A stretch of 64,000 bases of DNA, taken from an uncultured Chloroflexia bacterium. Lineage in GTDB: Bacteria > Chloroflexota > Limnocylindria > Limnocylindrales > CSP1-4. The translations under genes were made by a program, and so were the position numbers. The stretch covers positions 23,643 through 87,642 of the forward strand of contig CAWBQM010000004.1 of assembly GCA_963790955.1 (NCBI GenBank), read 5' to 3'. Under the pieces are notes generated by a model. That model was not told the DNA's origin and searched no databases. It saw only the letters and a program-made list of their open reading frames with translations. Positions 10,423 through 18,925 of the stretch are shown piece by piece. Every line of letters starts with the position of its first letter. Positions within the stretch are counted from its first letter, which is position 1.

Positions 10423-11017
10423 GGTCTCGGTATTTGGCCCGCATGTCTTCGCGGCGATCAAAGAGGGCCCTCCCCTCGGACGCAACTGAGTCATTATCGG
10501 GCCGTTCGCCCGCGAGTATCCGATCAATGATGCCGCGATAGAGAGTCGCATAGTCCTTGACAAGTGCGGCCCATTCATCGTCGGGAGCGATCATGGATTC
10601 AATTCTCTCAATGATCGGAGGCGCCTTGGCAGCTACCGTTCGCTGCCAAGCCTCATAGGCTACGAGCGTCCTTGTTGCCGGATAGGTTGCCAGCAGCCGA
10701 TCCAACTGTTGGATCTGCCGATAGAATGCGCGATCAAACTCCCACTCGCCACTGTGCAAGCCGATCCGGATGCGAGTGCCGATGGAAGCTGGCAACCCTA
10801 CTACGTCGAGAAGCAGTACCGAAGCGGCGACCCCGAGGACGATATCCATGGCAGCGAAACGAACCTGGACAGTCGGCCAATGGACTGACACATCGATGAC
10901 GAAGCCCAACAGGAACACGCCAGCAATGACTGCCAGGACCCTCGACGCGCGTCTTCTAGCATCCCACGCTGCCGAAATGGCCGCGACAATGTAGAAAACA
11001 TCAGCAGGCACTGTCAT
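10394..11017 (-). CDS. membrane protein of unknown function (immunity-protein candidate)
   Basis: A 207-aa protein with three N-terminal TM helices followed by a soluble domain. It lies in the low-GC cassette, same strand and downstream of the rhs CT. Confidence 0.5.
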   Translation of the reverse strand: MTVPADVFYIVAAISAAWDARRRASRVLAVIAGVFLLGFVIDVSVHWPTVQVRFAAMDIVLGVAASVLLLDVVGLPASIGTRIRIGLHSGEWEFDRAFYRQIQQLDRLLATYPATRTLVAYEAWQRTVAAKAPPIIERIESMIAPDDEWAALVKDYATLYRGIIDRILAGERPDNDSVASEGRALFDRREDMRAKYRDHASRLLHLW

Positions 11018-11153
11018 CTGGGTACGGGTCGCAGTTGCGGCCGAAGCACTTGTGATTTTGATACACCCATCTGGGCGAGGTACTCTCGGGCACGTCGGAG
11101 CGCTTCATCGACCTCCGGCTTGGCTGGTTCCCCTAGATCGTCTCACCGGTGGG

Positions 11154-11450
11154 TCAGCGGTTTGGCCACCTCCCGAGCGCGGCCGACAACCCTCCAAGTC
11201 CAATCGCCAGGGTAGGTAACAGGACAACGGCTATCACCGGGATCGGCAGCCCGCGATCGAAGGCAACCGAAACGATGAACAAGGACGAAAAGAGTCCTGT
11301 GACGCCGAGCCCGAGCGCAACGAGCCGCATGAAGCCATGCGTGATCGGCATCCTCCTGGCGGCACGGACAGCGACCACCAGGAGCGCGCCAATCCAGATA
11401 CCCATCACGACCACAAGACCGACGAGGAACAACGCACTAGCTTGGATCAT
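11154..11450 (-). CDS. small polytopic membrane protein (immunity-protein candidate)
   Basis: A 98-aa protein with three predicted TM helices, in the low-GC cassette. Confidence 0.5.
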   Translation of the reverse strand: MIQASALFLVGLVVVMGIWIGALLVVAVRAARRMPITHGFMRLVALGLGVTGLFSSLFIVSVAFDRGLPIPVIAVVLLPTLAIGLGGLSAALGRWPNR

Positions 11451-11648
11451 CGCAGGACTTCCATTAGCCGCTGCGGCGTAGAACCATCAGAACCGAGGCG
11501 CTCTCGCCACTGATCGCGATCAACGCAAGGCTGAGTCCGCTAGACAGCGCGGCGGAGTCAGATCCCCAAACCCTCCGCCCTGCGTCACGGGGTCGACGGC
11601 GTCCGCGCCGAGGATACGCCGACGCTCGGGGCTTGACACTTTCATTCG

Positions 11649-11996
11649 TCAGGTTACGGCCAAGGCAACGATACCTCGCGCCAGCAAGAGCAGACCGCCG
11701 ATGATGCTAACGATGCCTAACCACCGGATGGGAACGCCCGCTACGATGCCCCACTCTGGAACGGTTAGCAACATCCCGGCGAGGAGAATGATCGTCGGGA
11801 CAGCGACCTGCTGGGCGGCTTGACCGGCGACCGTGATAAGGAGAGCAGAAGTTACGATCGCGAGACCACCTAAGGCAAGCGGTAGCTGATGTCCCCAGAT
11901 CAATCTGCCACGACGCCACAATATGAACCACCGCGCAACGATGGCCGTTGGCACAAAGAGGGCGACGAAGGCTGCGGCTGTTTCTGCACTTGTCAT
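11649..11996 (-). CDS. small polytopic membrane protein (first gene after the rhs toxin; immunity candidate)
   Basis: A 115-aa protein with four predicted TM helices. Its ATG overlaps the rhs TGA as ATGA (11993-11996), which suggests translational coupling. Confidence 0.55.
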   Translation of the reverse strand: MTSAETAAAFVALFVPTAIVARWFILWRRGRLIWGHQLPLALGGLAIVTSALLITVAGQAAQQVAVPTIILLAGMLLTVPEWGIVAGVPIRWLGIVSIIGGLLLLARGIVALAVT

Positions 11997-14371
11997 GGCA
12001 CTAGCACGGGTGGCGGGGCGGGGATTGGTGCGATCGGACCGATTGGCGGCACGGGAGGCAACGGGAAGTCAGGCCCGGACGCGTTACTCGCATCGGGCGC
12101 GTTACGGCGGTCCCCAGTGCAATAGAGAATCGACTGCTGCACGTATCCATAATTGTTGATAACCGCGTACCCATTGTAGGCGGCGTTCAGCAACAGCAGG
12201 ACATCGAGACCTGGGACAAGCTCTCCACCAAAGAGGAACGCGCCGAGGGATGCCGCCGCTGATCCAACTGCAACGAACTCAAGCACCACCTGGCCTGCAG
12301 CGTTTAGGCACTTGACCGCGATGGCTGGTGGGCTATCGCCCCCCAGCGCCTGTGACTTCTGTCCTGATGGGTCGATCACTCCCGTTGGATCGTTGACAGC
12401 GTAGGAGTAGCGGTTCAGCGTCTGACAGGCTCGTGGATTACCCGAGAACGTGTCTCTGCTCATGAAGCGTCCCAGGCTCGGATCGTAGTAGCGGGCCCGC
12501 AGGTACACGAGGCCGCTGGCGTCCGTGGGTTCGCCGGTGAAGCCGTACGGCTGGTCGGATGTACCGGTGGTGCTCGTCGGGGTGCCCCAGGCGTCGGTGC
12601 GGTAGGTGGCGGTGACCGCGCCTGAGGCGTCGGTGATCGATCTGGTCGAGCCCAGGCGATCGGTGTGGTAGACCTCGAGGGCTGCGCCCTGTACGGCGTA
12701 GGCGAGGCCCAGGCCGTACACGTACTTGCGCGTGCCGTCGTCGAGCGTGACCGGCAGGCTGCGGTTGGGGTCGGACACGTACGTGATCGTGGGATCGGTG
12801 CCGACCTGGCGGCTGACCCGGAGCCCGTCGCCGGCGTACGCGTATGTTTCGGTGGTGCCGGCCACGGTCGCGCTCGTGATGCGGTTGGCCTGGTCGTAGG
12901 CGAACGTGTCGGCGCCCTTGGCGGTCGTGTTGCCGGCCGCGTCGACGGTGAGGCTCATGGCGCCGGCGGCGGTGATCCGGTCGGCTCGGTCGTACGTGGA
13001 GCTCTGCGTGGTCCCATCGGTCACGCTCACTCGGTTGCCGACCGGATCGTAGCCATAGGTCGGTGCGCCGTCGGGCCCGAGGACCGAGGTCAGCCGGTAC
13101 AGGTGATCGTAGGCGTACGTCGAGGCGTCGAGCCCGGGCCCGCGCACGAAGATGTCGCTCGTGTTGTTCGTGTCGCCCGCGACGAGGTTCGACGCGACCG
13201 ACTGGAAGGCGACCGTGCCCGCGTCGGCGCTCAGCCACGGATCCTGGCTCGTGCCGTTGCCGGGCGTGCCGTCGGTCGCGATCGAGAAGCGGGTGTTGAT
13301 GCCCGACGCCAGATCGCGCACGAACACGTCCGAGCGGTTGTTCGTGTCGCCGGCGATGAGGTTCGTGGCATTGGAGGCGAAGCCGAGCTTCGAGCCGTCG
13401 GAGCTGAGCGATGGGTCGGAGCTGTCCTTGTTGCCCTGGACACCGGCGTCGCTGACCGAGGCCCGGATCGTGACCCCGGTCGCGAGCGTGTGCACGAAGA
13501 CGTCGGTCTTGGCGTTGGTGTCGCCGGTCACGAGGTTCGTGGCCGCCGACTCGAAGGCGAGCGTGCTGCCATCACCGCTGATCGCGCCATCGTCGCTGGC
13601 GCCGTTGGCCTGGCCGCCCGAGCTCGAGACCGAGACCCGCGTCGTCGTGCCCGCCACGCGGTCGTACACGAACATGTCGGTCACGCCGTTCGTGTCGCCG
13701 GCCACCAGGTTGGTCGCATCCGATTCGTACAGCACGTAGCGACCGTCGTCGCTGATCAGGGGCCGGTCGCTCTTGGCGTTCGACTGGCTGCCGTCGGAGG
13801 CGACCGAGACCCGCGTCGTCGTATTCGTCTGACGATCGCGCAGGAAGATGTCGGCCACACCGTTGGTGTCACCGCTGATCAGGTTCGTGGCGTCGGACTT
13901 GAACGCCACCCAGCGCCCGTCGGCCGAGAGGACCGGGTAGTACGACGCGCCGTTGGCCTGGGCGCCCGAGCTACTGACCGAGACCCGCTCCACCGCTCCG
14001 GTCACGAGATCCTTGACGAACGTGTCCCAGGCCGTGCCGTTGGTGTCGTTGGCGACGAGGTTACTGGCCTGGCTGCGGAACGCAGCGTAGCGGCCGTCGG
14101 CACTGATCGAGCCGTCGTCGGCACGCGCGTTGCCGATCGTCCCGTCGGACGCCGAGTCGGCGGCCACGATGCCACCGGTCAGGCGATCCTTGACGAACAC
14201 GTCGTCGCCGTTGTTCGTGTCGTTGGTGACGAGGTTGGACGCGGACGAGCGGAACGTGACGTATCGGCCGTCCGAGCTGATGAACGCCTTGTCCGATACG
14301 CCGTTGCCCTGGCCATGGGTCGAGGACTCGGACACGCGCTCGGTGCCGACCGTGGCGCCACCGGCGCCCAC
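11993..14371 (-). CDS. RHS-repeat polymorphic toxin with N-terminal PD40/TolB-like beta-propeller repeats and variable C-terminal toxin domain
   Basis: There are about nine repeats of the form DGRYVAF.S.ASNLV.GDTNG..D.FV.D (PD40-like), then YD repeats (YAYDHLYRLTSV, YGYDPVGNRVSV, FAYDQANRITS). The RHS core ends at RARYYDPSLGRFMSRDTFSG ... NDPTGVIDPSGQ. A hydrophobic CT of about 138 aa follows, lying in 57% GC DNA. The start is a GTG. The reading frame stays open upstream as far as the permease stop at 14519. Confidence 0.85.
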   Translation of the reverse strand: MGAGGATVGTERVSESSTHGQGNGVSDKAFISSDGRYVTFRSSASNLVTNDTNNGDDVFVKDRLTGGIVAADSASDGTIGNARADDGSISADGRYAAFRSQASNLVANDTNGTAWDTFVKDLVTGAVERVSVSSSGAQANGASYYPVLSADGRWVAFKSDATNLISGDTNGVADIFLRDRQTNTTTRVSVASDGSQSNAKSDRPLISDDGRYVLYESDATNLVAGDTNGVTDMFVYDRVAGTTTRVSVSSSGGQANGASDDGAISGDGSTLAFESAATNLVTGDTNAKTDVFVHTLATGVTIRASVSDAGVQGNKDSSDPSLSSDGSKLGFASNATNLIAGDTNNRSDVFVRDLASGINTRFSIATDGTPGNGTSQDPWLSADAGTVAFQSVASNLVAGDTNNTSDIFVRGPGLDASTYAYDHLYRLTSVLGPDGAPTYGYDPVGNRVSVTDGTTQSSTYDRADRITAAGAMSLTVDAAGNTTAKGADTFAYDQANRITSATVAGTTETYAYAGDGLRVSRQVGTDPTITYVSDPNRSLPVTLDDGTRKYVYGLGLAYAVQGAALEVYHTDRLGSTRSITDASGAVTATYRTDAWGTPTSTTGTSDQPYGFTGEPTDASGLVYLRARYYDPSLGRFMSRDTFSGNPRACQTLNRYSYAVNDPTGVIDPSGQKSQALGGDSPPAIAVKCLNAAGQVVLEFVAVGSAAASLGAFLFGGELVPGLDVLLLLNAAYNGYAVINNYGYVQQSILYCTGDRRNAPDASNASGPDFPLPPVPPIGPIAPIPAPPPVLVP

Positions 14372-14518
14372 CGCGGACAGGACGTTGCCGACCGGGTCGA
14401 GCGTATACGCGTGCTGCTCGAAGACGGTCGAGCCGAGCTTGTGGACGATCGAGGTCAGCCGGGCGTCATTGTCGTAGCCGTACGTGGCCGTCGTCGTTTC
14501 TAGGCCCAGCCACGTTGG

Positions 14519-15490
14519 TTAGGTTGGCCGTCGGCGGTTGACGACGATGGCGGCGCCGACGAGACCGACCAAACCAACCGACCCGAATAGCGCGATGTCG
14601 TACAAGATCCACTGGAGGGCTTCGGACTGCGGAATCCCCAACGCAACGGGCTCGTAGCCGCGGTCCCCCAGCCACTGGTCGCTGCTTTCTTGAGGAGCCA
14701 CGCCGGATGGCACAAGCGCGAGTGCAGCCTCCTCGTTGAGAATGCTTCCATCGGGTGCGCGCCAACCCTGGTTAGTTTGCACTGCAGCGACCAGGTTCGA
14801 GTTCTGGTCGCCGATCACAGTCGCCGGTCGAGTCTGGATCCACGCTTGATGGGCCAGACTGGCTCCATAGTCAAGCGCTAGCACGAGGGCGACCCCGACG
14901 ATGAACGCTGGCAACGTGCGGCCCATGACCGCGCCAAGCAGCAATCCCACACAGAATCCCGCCAACGCTCGTCCGAGGACGATCGGACCATGGAGGGTCA
15001 TGTCATTGACGGCGGTATTGAGCCACGGCTGGCGCGTCGCCTCGAGGCGATCGGCCGCGATCGCCGCGAAGGCCACGGCAAGACCCAGCAGCACGAGCAC
15101 CGGCACCACCTGTCGCGCGAGCCATCGCAGGCGCGAAGGGGCGAGGAACCAGGCGGTCTGCGCGGTCCGCGCTTCGAGCTCGCGGCCCACGAGCGGCACG
15201 CCGCCGAGGAGGCCGACCGCGAACGGCAGGACCGCCATCGCGGCGAAGACCTTGCCGGCCTCGGACTCGTTGATCTGCGCGAACGCGTTGACCGGACCGT
15301 AGCAGTCGCCCGCACTCTGAGGGCCGGCGCTCAGCCACTGCTGGAAGCAGCCGGCCGGGACATGGACCGCGAGCAGCCGCTCGTTGACGAGCAGCGCGGC
15401 CGCCCCCAGGACGAGCGCCGCGAGCGCGGCGGCGCCGACCTCGAAGCGGTGCAGCTTGAGCGTGAGTCGGACCGATCGGAGCCGCATCAC
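14519..15490 (-). CDS. ABC-2 type transporter permease (module 1)
   Basis: A 323-aa protein with six TM helices and a large extracytoplasmic loop. It is a paralog of permeases at 23236..24192, 18926..19873 and 19879..20955, and it overlaps the ATPase stop. Confidence 0.8.
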   Translation of the reverse strand: MMRLRSVRLTLKLHRFEVGAAALAALVLGAAALLVNERLLAVHVPAGCFQQWLSAGPQSAGDCYGPVNAFAQINESEAGKVFAAMAVLPFAVGLLGGVPLVGRELEARTAQTAWFLAPSRLRWLARQVVPVLVLLGLAVAFAAIAADRLEATRQPWLNTAVNDMTLHGPIVLGRALAGFCVGLLLGAVMGRTLPAFIVGVALVLALDYGASLAHQAWIQTRPATVIGDQNSNLVAAVQTNQGWRAPDGSILNEEAALALVPSGVAPQESSDQWLGDRGYEPVALGIPQSEALQWILYDIALFGSVGLVGLVGAAIVVNRRRPT

Positions 15491-16341
15491 GCGGCCTCCT
15501 CCCCCGACCGGCCCGGGCGGCCGCGAGGTACCCGAGCACGACCTCCTCGAGGGTTGCCGGCCGGCCGATCTCGGCGCCGTGCACGAGGGCGAGCGGCTCC
15601 CCGCTCGGGACCGGCGAAGCTGCCGATCGCCGCCCGCCCGTCGAGCGCGGCCGCGTCGACGGTGCGATGCTCGGCGCGGGCCGACGCGACGTCACGGTCG
15701 AGCAGTAGCCGCCCGCCCGAGAGCACGACGAGCCGATCGCACGCCTGCTCGACGTCGGTCACGATGTGCGACGAGAGCAAGACCGTCGAGCCGTTGGCCC
15801 GGACGTCCTCGACGAGCACGGTCAGGAAGTCGCGCCGGGCGAGCGGGTCGAGGTTCGCGAGGGGCTCGTCGAGGAGCAGCACCGGCGCCCGCGTCCCGAG
15901 CGCAAGCGCGAGCGAGACCTGGGCCTGCTCGCCTCCGGACAGATCGCCGATCGGCCGGTTGCCGGAGAGGCCGACGTCGTGGATGCGCGCGAGCGCGTGG
16001 TCGCGGTCGAACGTCGGGCGGCTCACCCGCGCGAGATCGAGATGGTCGTCGATCTTGAGCCCGCGATACAGCGCGACGCCCTGGGGCACGTAGCCGACCG
16101 AGCCCACCGCCCGGGCTCGGTCGCGCTGGGGATCGACGCCGGCGACGAGGACGCGACCCTCGTCCGGACGCTCGAAGCCCAAACATGCCCGAATCAGTGT
16201 CGACTTGCCGGCGCCGTTGGGGCCGACGAGGGCGGTGATCGAGCCGCCTGGCACGGTCAGCGACACGTCCCGGCATGCCCACGGCCGGGAGCGTCGGTAG
16301 CGGCGTCCGAAGTGCTCCGTGACGAGCGGTCGTTCTTCCAC
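15487..16341 (-). CDS. ABC transporter ATP-binding protein (module 1; locally frame-altered C-terminus)
   Basis: Walker A (GPNGAGKST), ABC signature (LSGGEQ), Walker B (LLLDEP). About 90% identical to module 2 except for a roughly 30-aa C-terminal stretch read in another frame (an extra G at ~15610, compensated near ~15510). Confidence 0.8.
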   Translation of the reverse strand: MEERPLVTEHFGRRYRRSRPWACRDVSLTVPGGSITALVGPNGAGKSTLIRACLGFERPDEGRVLVAGVDPQRDRARAVGSVGYVPQGVALYRGLKIDDHLDLARVSRPTFDRDHALARIHDVGLSGNRPIGDLSGGEQAQVSLALALGTRAPVLLLDEPLANLDPLARRDFLTVLVEDVRANGSTVLLSSHIVTDVEQACDRLVVLSGGRLLLDRDVASARAEHRTVDAAALDGRAAIGSFAGPERGAARPRARRRDRPAGNPRGGRARVPRGRPGRSGEEAA

Positions 16342-16544
16342 GAGCCGAGTTCCTAATGCGCCAACGGTCGAGTGCGGGCCGGGCTCGATCGAGAGACCAT
16401 CCTGGCCGGGCGGCCGCTGCCGGCTAGAAGCATTCTGGGTCTGCGAATCCCTGCTATCAGCTCCAGCGCGTGAGGGAGTGAGGTCCTCCGGGCATGCCGC
16501 ATGAGTGCGTGGGGCGTGGCTGCCGTAAGACTACCGCAGCAGGG

Positions 16545-16931
16545 TCACGTACTTGGACCCTGAGGACACGTTGATGTGTATGTCCATTTGAAGGAACTGA
16601 CTGTGTCGTTGTACGAACCGTAGTTGCTGGAGTATGTGTTTCCAGAGGCGCTGTATGGGCTGGGAAGCTGGTTCGAATATCCAGCGTCACGATATTGATG
16701 GATCCAGTAATGACAGTTCGAGTTATACACATGGAAGCTGCTGAAGCAATCGTTGAGATCGTATGGCCAATCCAGCCCCGATCCGGAGCAATGTGGGAAT
16801 GCCACCTGGCTCAAGTCGCTCTCACCATACGGGTAGCAATAGGTAACCGAGTTGCCGCCGTATCCTGTATTCTCCCAGAAGGTCACATATGCCCCGCTGC
16901 AAGAAGCTGCAGCGGAAGGCACAAGAACGAG
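16545..16931 (-). pseudogene. small Cys-rich secreted betagamma-crystallin-like protein, copy 1, 3' (mature-domain) part, separated from its signal peptide by IS256
   Basis: The mature domain is CSGAYVTFWENTGYGGNSVTYCYPYG ... CHYWIHQYRDAGYSNQ ... STCPQGPST (six Cys, Greek-key-like W-x4-Y-x-G motif), in 50% GC DNA. Its native signal peptide lies on the other side of the IS (18372..18458). Confidence 0.6.
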
Positions 16932-18371
16932 TGGCGTCCCCCCGAGTGGTGGGATTTGAGCGAGGCTCCTGACCTGCGCTGACATCGCGCAGCGAGGGGG
17001 CCACCGGTGTGATTCTCAGCGTGTCTCTTAGCCGGAGCACGTGAGGTTCACCGATGGCCCTGTCACAGTCTGCCCTGTCCGAGCTGCTCGACGCGATCCG
17101 CGCGGGCGGCAGCGAGGACGTCCTGCGCGAGGCGATGACACTCGTCCTCCAGGAGCTGATCGAGCTCGAGGCGGCCCAGGCGATCGGCGCCGGCCGGTAC
17201 GAGCGGACCGACGAGCGCTCGACCCACCGCAACGGCAGCCGCAGTCGGCTCCTTTCGACCAAGGCCGGCGACGTCGAGCTGCGCATCCCCAAGCTCCGCC
17301 AGGGCTCGTTCTTCCCGGCGCTCCTGGAGCCGCGGCGGCGGATCGACCGAGCCCTGTGGGCGGTCGTCATGGAGGCCTACGTCCACGGCGTCAGCACGCG
17401 CAAGGTCGACGACCTGGTGACCGCCCTCGGGATCGACGCCGGGATCAGCAAGAGCGAGGTATCCCGGATCTGTGGCGAGCTCGACACGGTCGTGGCGACG
17501 TTCCGTGACCGACCGCTCGGTCACACCCGCTTCCCGTACGTCTTCCTCGACGCGACGTACGTCAAGGCCCACGACGGCGCGTCGGTGGTCAGCAAGGCGA
17601 TCGTCGTCGCGACCGGGGTGACCGCGAAGGGCGATCGTGAGGTCCTCGGGCTCGCGGTCGGCGACAGCGAGGATGGCGCCTTCTGGACCGCGTTCCTGCG
17701 CTCGCTCCGGGCGCGCGGCCTGGCCGGCGTGCGGCTTGTCATCAGCGACGCCCACGAAGGCCTCAAGGCGGCGATCGGGGCCGTCCTCCTGGGTGCCGCG
17801 TGGCAGAGGTGCCGGGTCCACTTCCTGCGCAACGTGCTGACCCGGATCCCCAAGGGCAGCGCCGAGATGGTGCTGGCTGCGATCCGAACCATCTTCGCCC
17901 AGCCCGACGCGGCATCGGTCAGCGAGCAGCTTGACGAGATCGCGGAGCGACTCGAGCCTCGTTTCCCGGTCGTCGCCGCGATGCTCGCCGAGGCCAAGGA
18001 GGACGTCACGGCGTTCACCGCGTTCCCGGTCGGCCACTGGCGCAAGGTCTGGTCGACGAACCCGTTGGAGCGGGTCAACCGCGAGATCAAGCGGCGGACT
18101 GACGTGGTCGGCATCTTTCCGAACGAAGCGGCGATCCTGCGGCTGGCTGGTGCGGTCCTGCTCGAGGTCCACGACGAGTGGGCGATCGCCGACCGGCGCT
18201 ATCTGGCCGAAGGCTCGATGGCGAGGCTTGACCCGCCCGCCGAAGATGGTCAGACCAAGGAGGTGGAGCGAGCGAAGACCGTCCTGCTGGCGTCCTGAGC
18301 GACGCCTTCGACACCGTCGCTGAGCATCACGACGGACCGCTCATTTCCCACCACTCCAGCGGCCACGGCCC
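16932..18371 (+). mobile_element. IS256-family insertion sequence (about 1440 bp) with 8-bp target-site duplication AAGAACGA
   Basis: Imperfect terminal inverted repeats (left gtggcgtccccccGAGTGGTGGGATTTGAGCG; right reverse-complement gggccgtggccgctgGAGTGGTGGGAAATGAGCG). AAGAACGA is duplicated at 16924..16931 and 18372..18379, whereas the intact paralog at 25741 has a single copy. Confidence 0.8.
17054..18298 (+). CDS. IS256-family (Mutator-like) transposase
   Basis: A 414-aa protein with the Transposase_mut signature (FPYVFLDATYVKAH ... VISDAHEGLKAAI ... WQRCRVHFLRN). Confidence 0.9.
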   Translation: MALSQSALSELLDAIRAGGSEDVLREAMTLVLQELIELEAAQAIGAGRYERTDERSTHRNGSRSRLLSTKAGDVELRIPKLRQGSFFPALLEPRRRIDRALWAVVMEAYVHGVSTRKVDDLVTALGIDAGISKSEVSRICGELDTVVATFRDRPLGHTRFPYVFLDATYVKAHDGASVVSKAIVVATGVTAKGDREVLGLAVGDSEDGAFWTAFLRSLRARGLAGVRLVISDAHEGLKAAIGAVLLGAAWQRCRVHFLRNVLTRIPKGSAEMVLAAIRTIFAQPDAASVSEQLDEIAERLEPRFPVVAAMLAEAKEDVTAFTAFPVGHWRKVWSTNPLERVNREIKRRTDVVGIFPNEAAILRLAGAVLLEVHDEWAIADRRYLAEGSMARLDPPAEDGQTKEVERAKTVLLAS

Positions 18372-18458
18372 AAGAACGAATAGCCATGCCGAAAGAAACA
18401 ACGAGCCGACAACCACAACATGCGGACGCCGTCGGCGTCGCTGTGCGAGATTGGACAT
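18372..18458 (-). pseudogene. 5' fragment (signal peptide) of the betagamma-crystallin-like gene, copy 1
   Basis: It encodes MSNLAQRRRRRPHVVVVGSLFLSAWLFVL. This is contiguous in frame with LVPSAAASCSG ... at 16931 if the IS is removed. Confidence 0.5.
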
Positions 18459-18925
18459 CCTCGAGTCCTCCTCCTGTGAAGGTCCACGGTCGTCGCACGC
18501 GAACTCGAGTATACTACGCGTGTCAAGAGTCACTGAACCTGCCAGTACAGTTGCTAACGACCTGTGGCTAGCTCCCCGCCCCCGGAGCTCTCGTCATGTT
18601 GCCACGGGAATCGCCCTTCCGAGATCCACGGACTCAGTTTGTGGCCTCTATACCCTTCTGCCTGACCCATTCATCGACGAGGCAAATGTCAAGGGCTCAG
18701 GTCGCGGACGCACGTGGACTTGAGATGGGAAACTGGTTCGATCGCAGTGTCGACGGCAGCCACTTCAGATCGGCCAGATGATCCCGACAGGCAGACGGAT
18801 CGTCCACCCCTCTCTGCCAGCCGCGATGGGATCAGCGCTCACCGAAGTCGCCACGGCGCGAGGTCAGGATCGGCAAAGCGGCCCTCTCTGGATGTCCGTC
18901 GCACGTCCTTCACGCCAAGTACACC

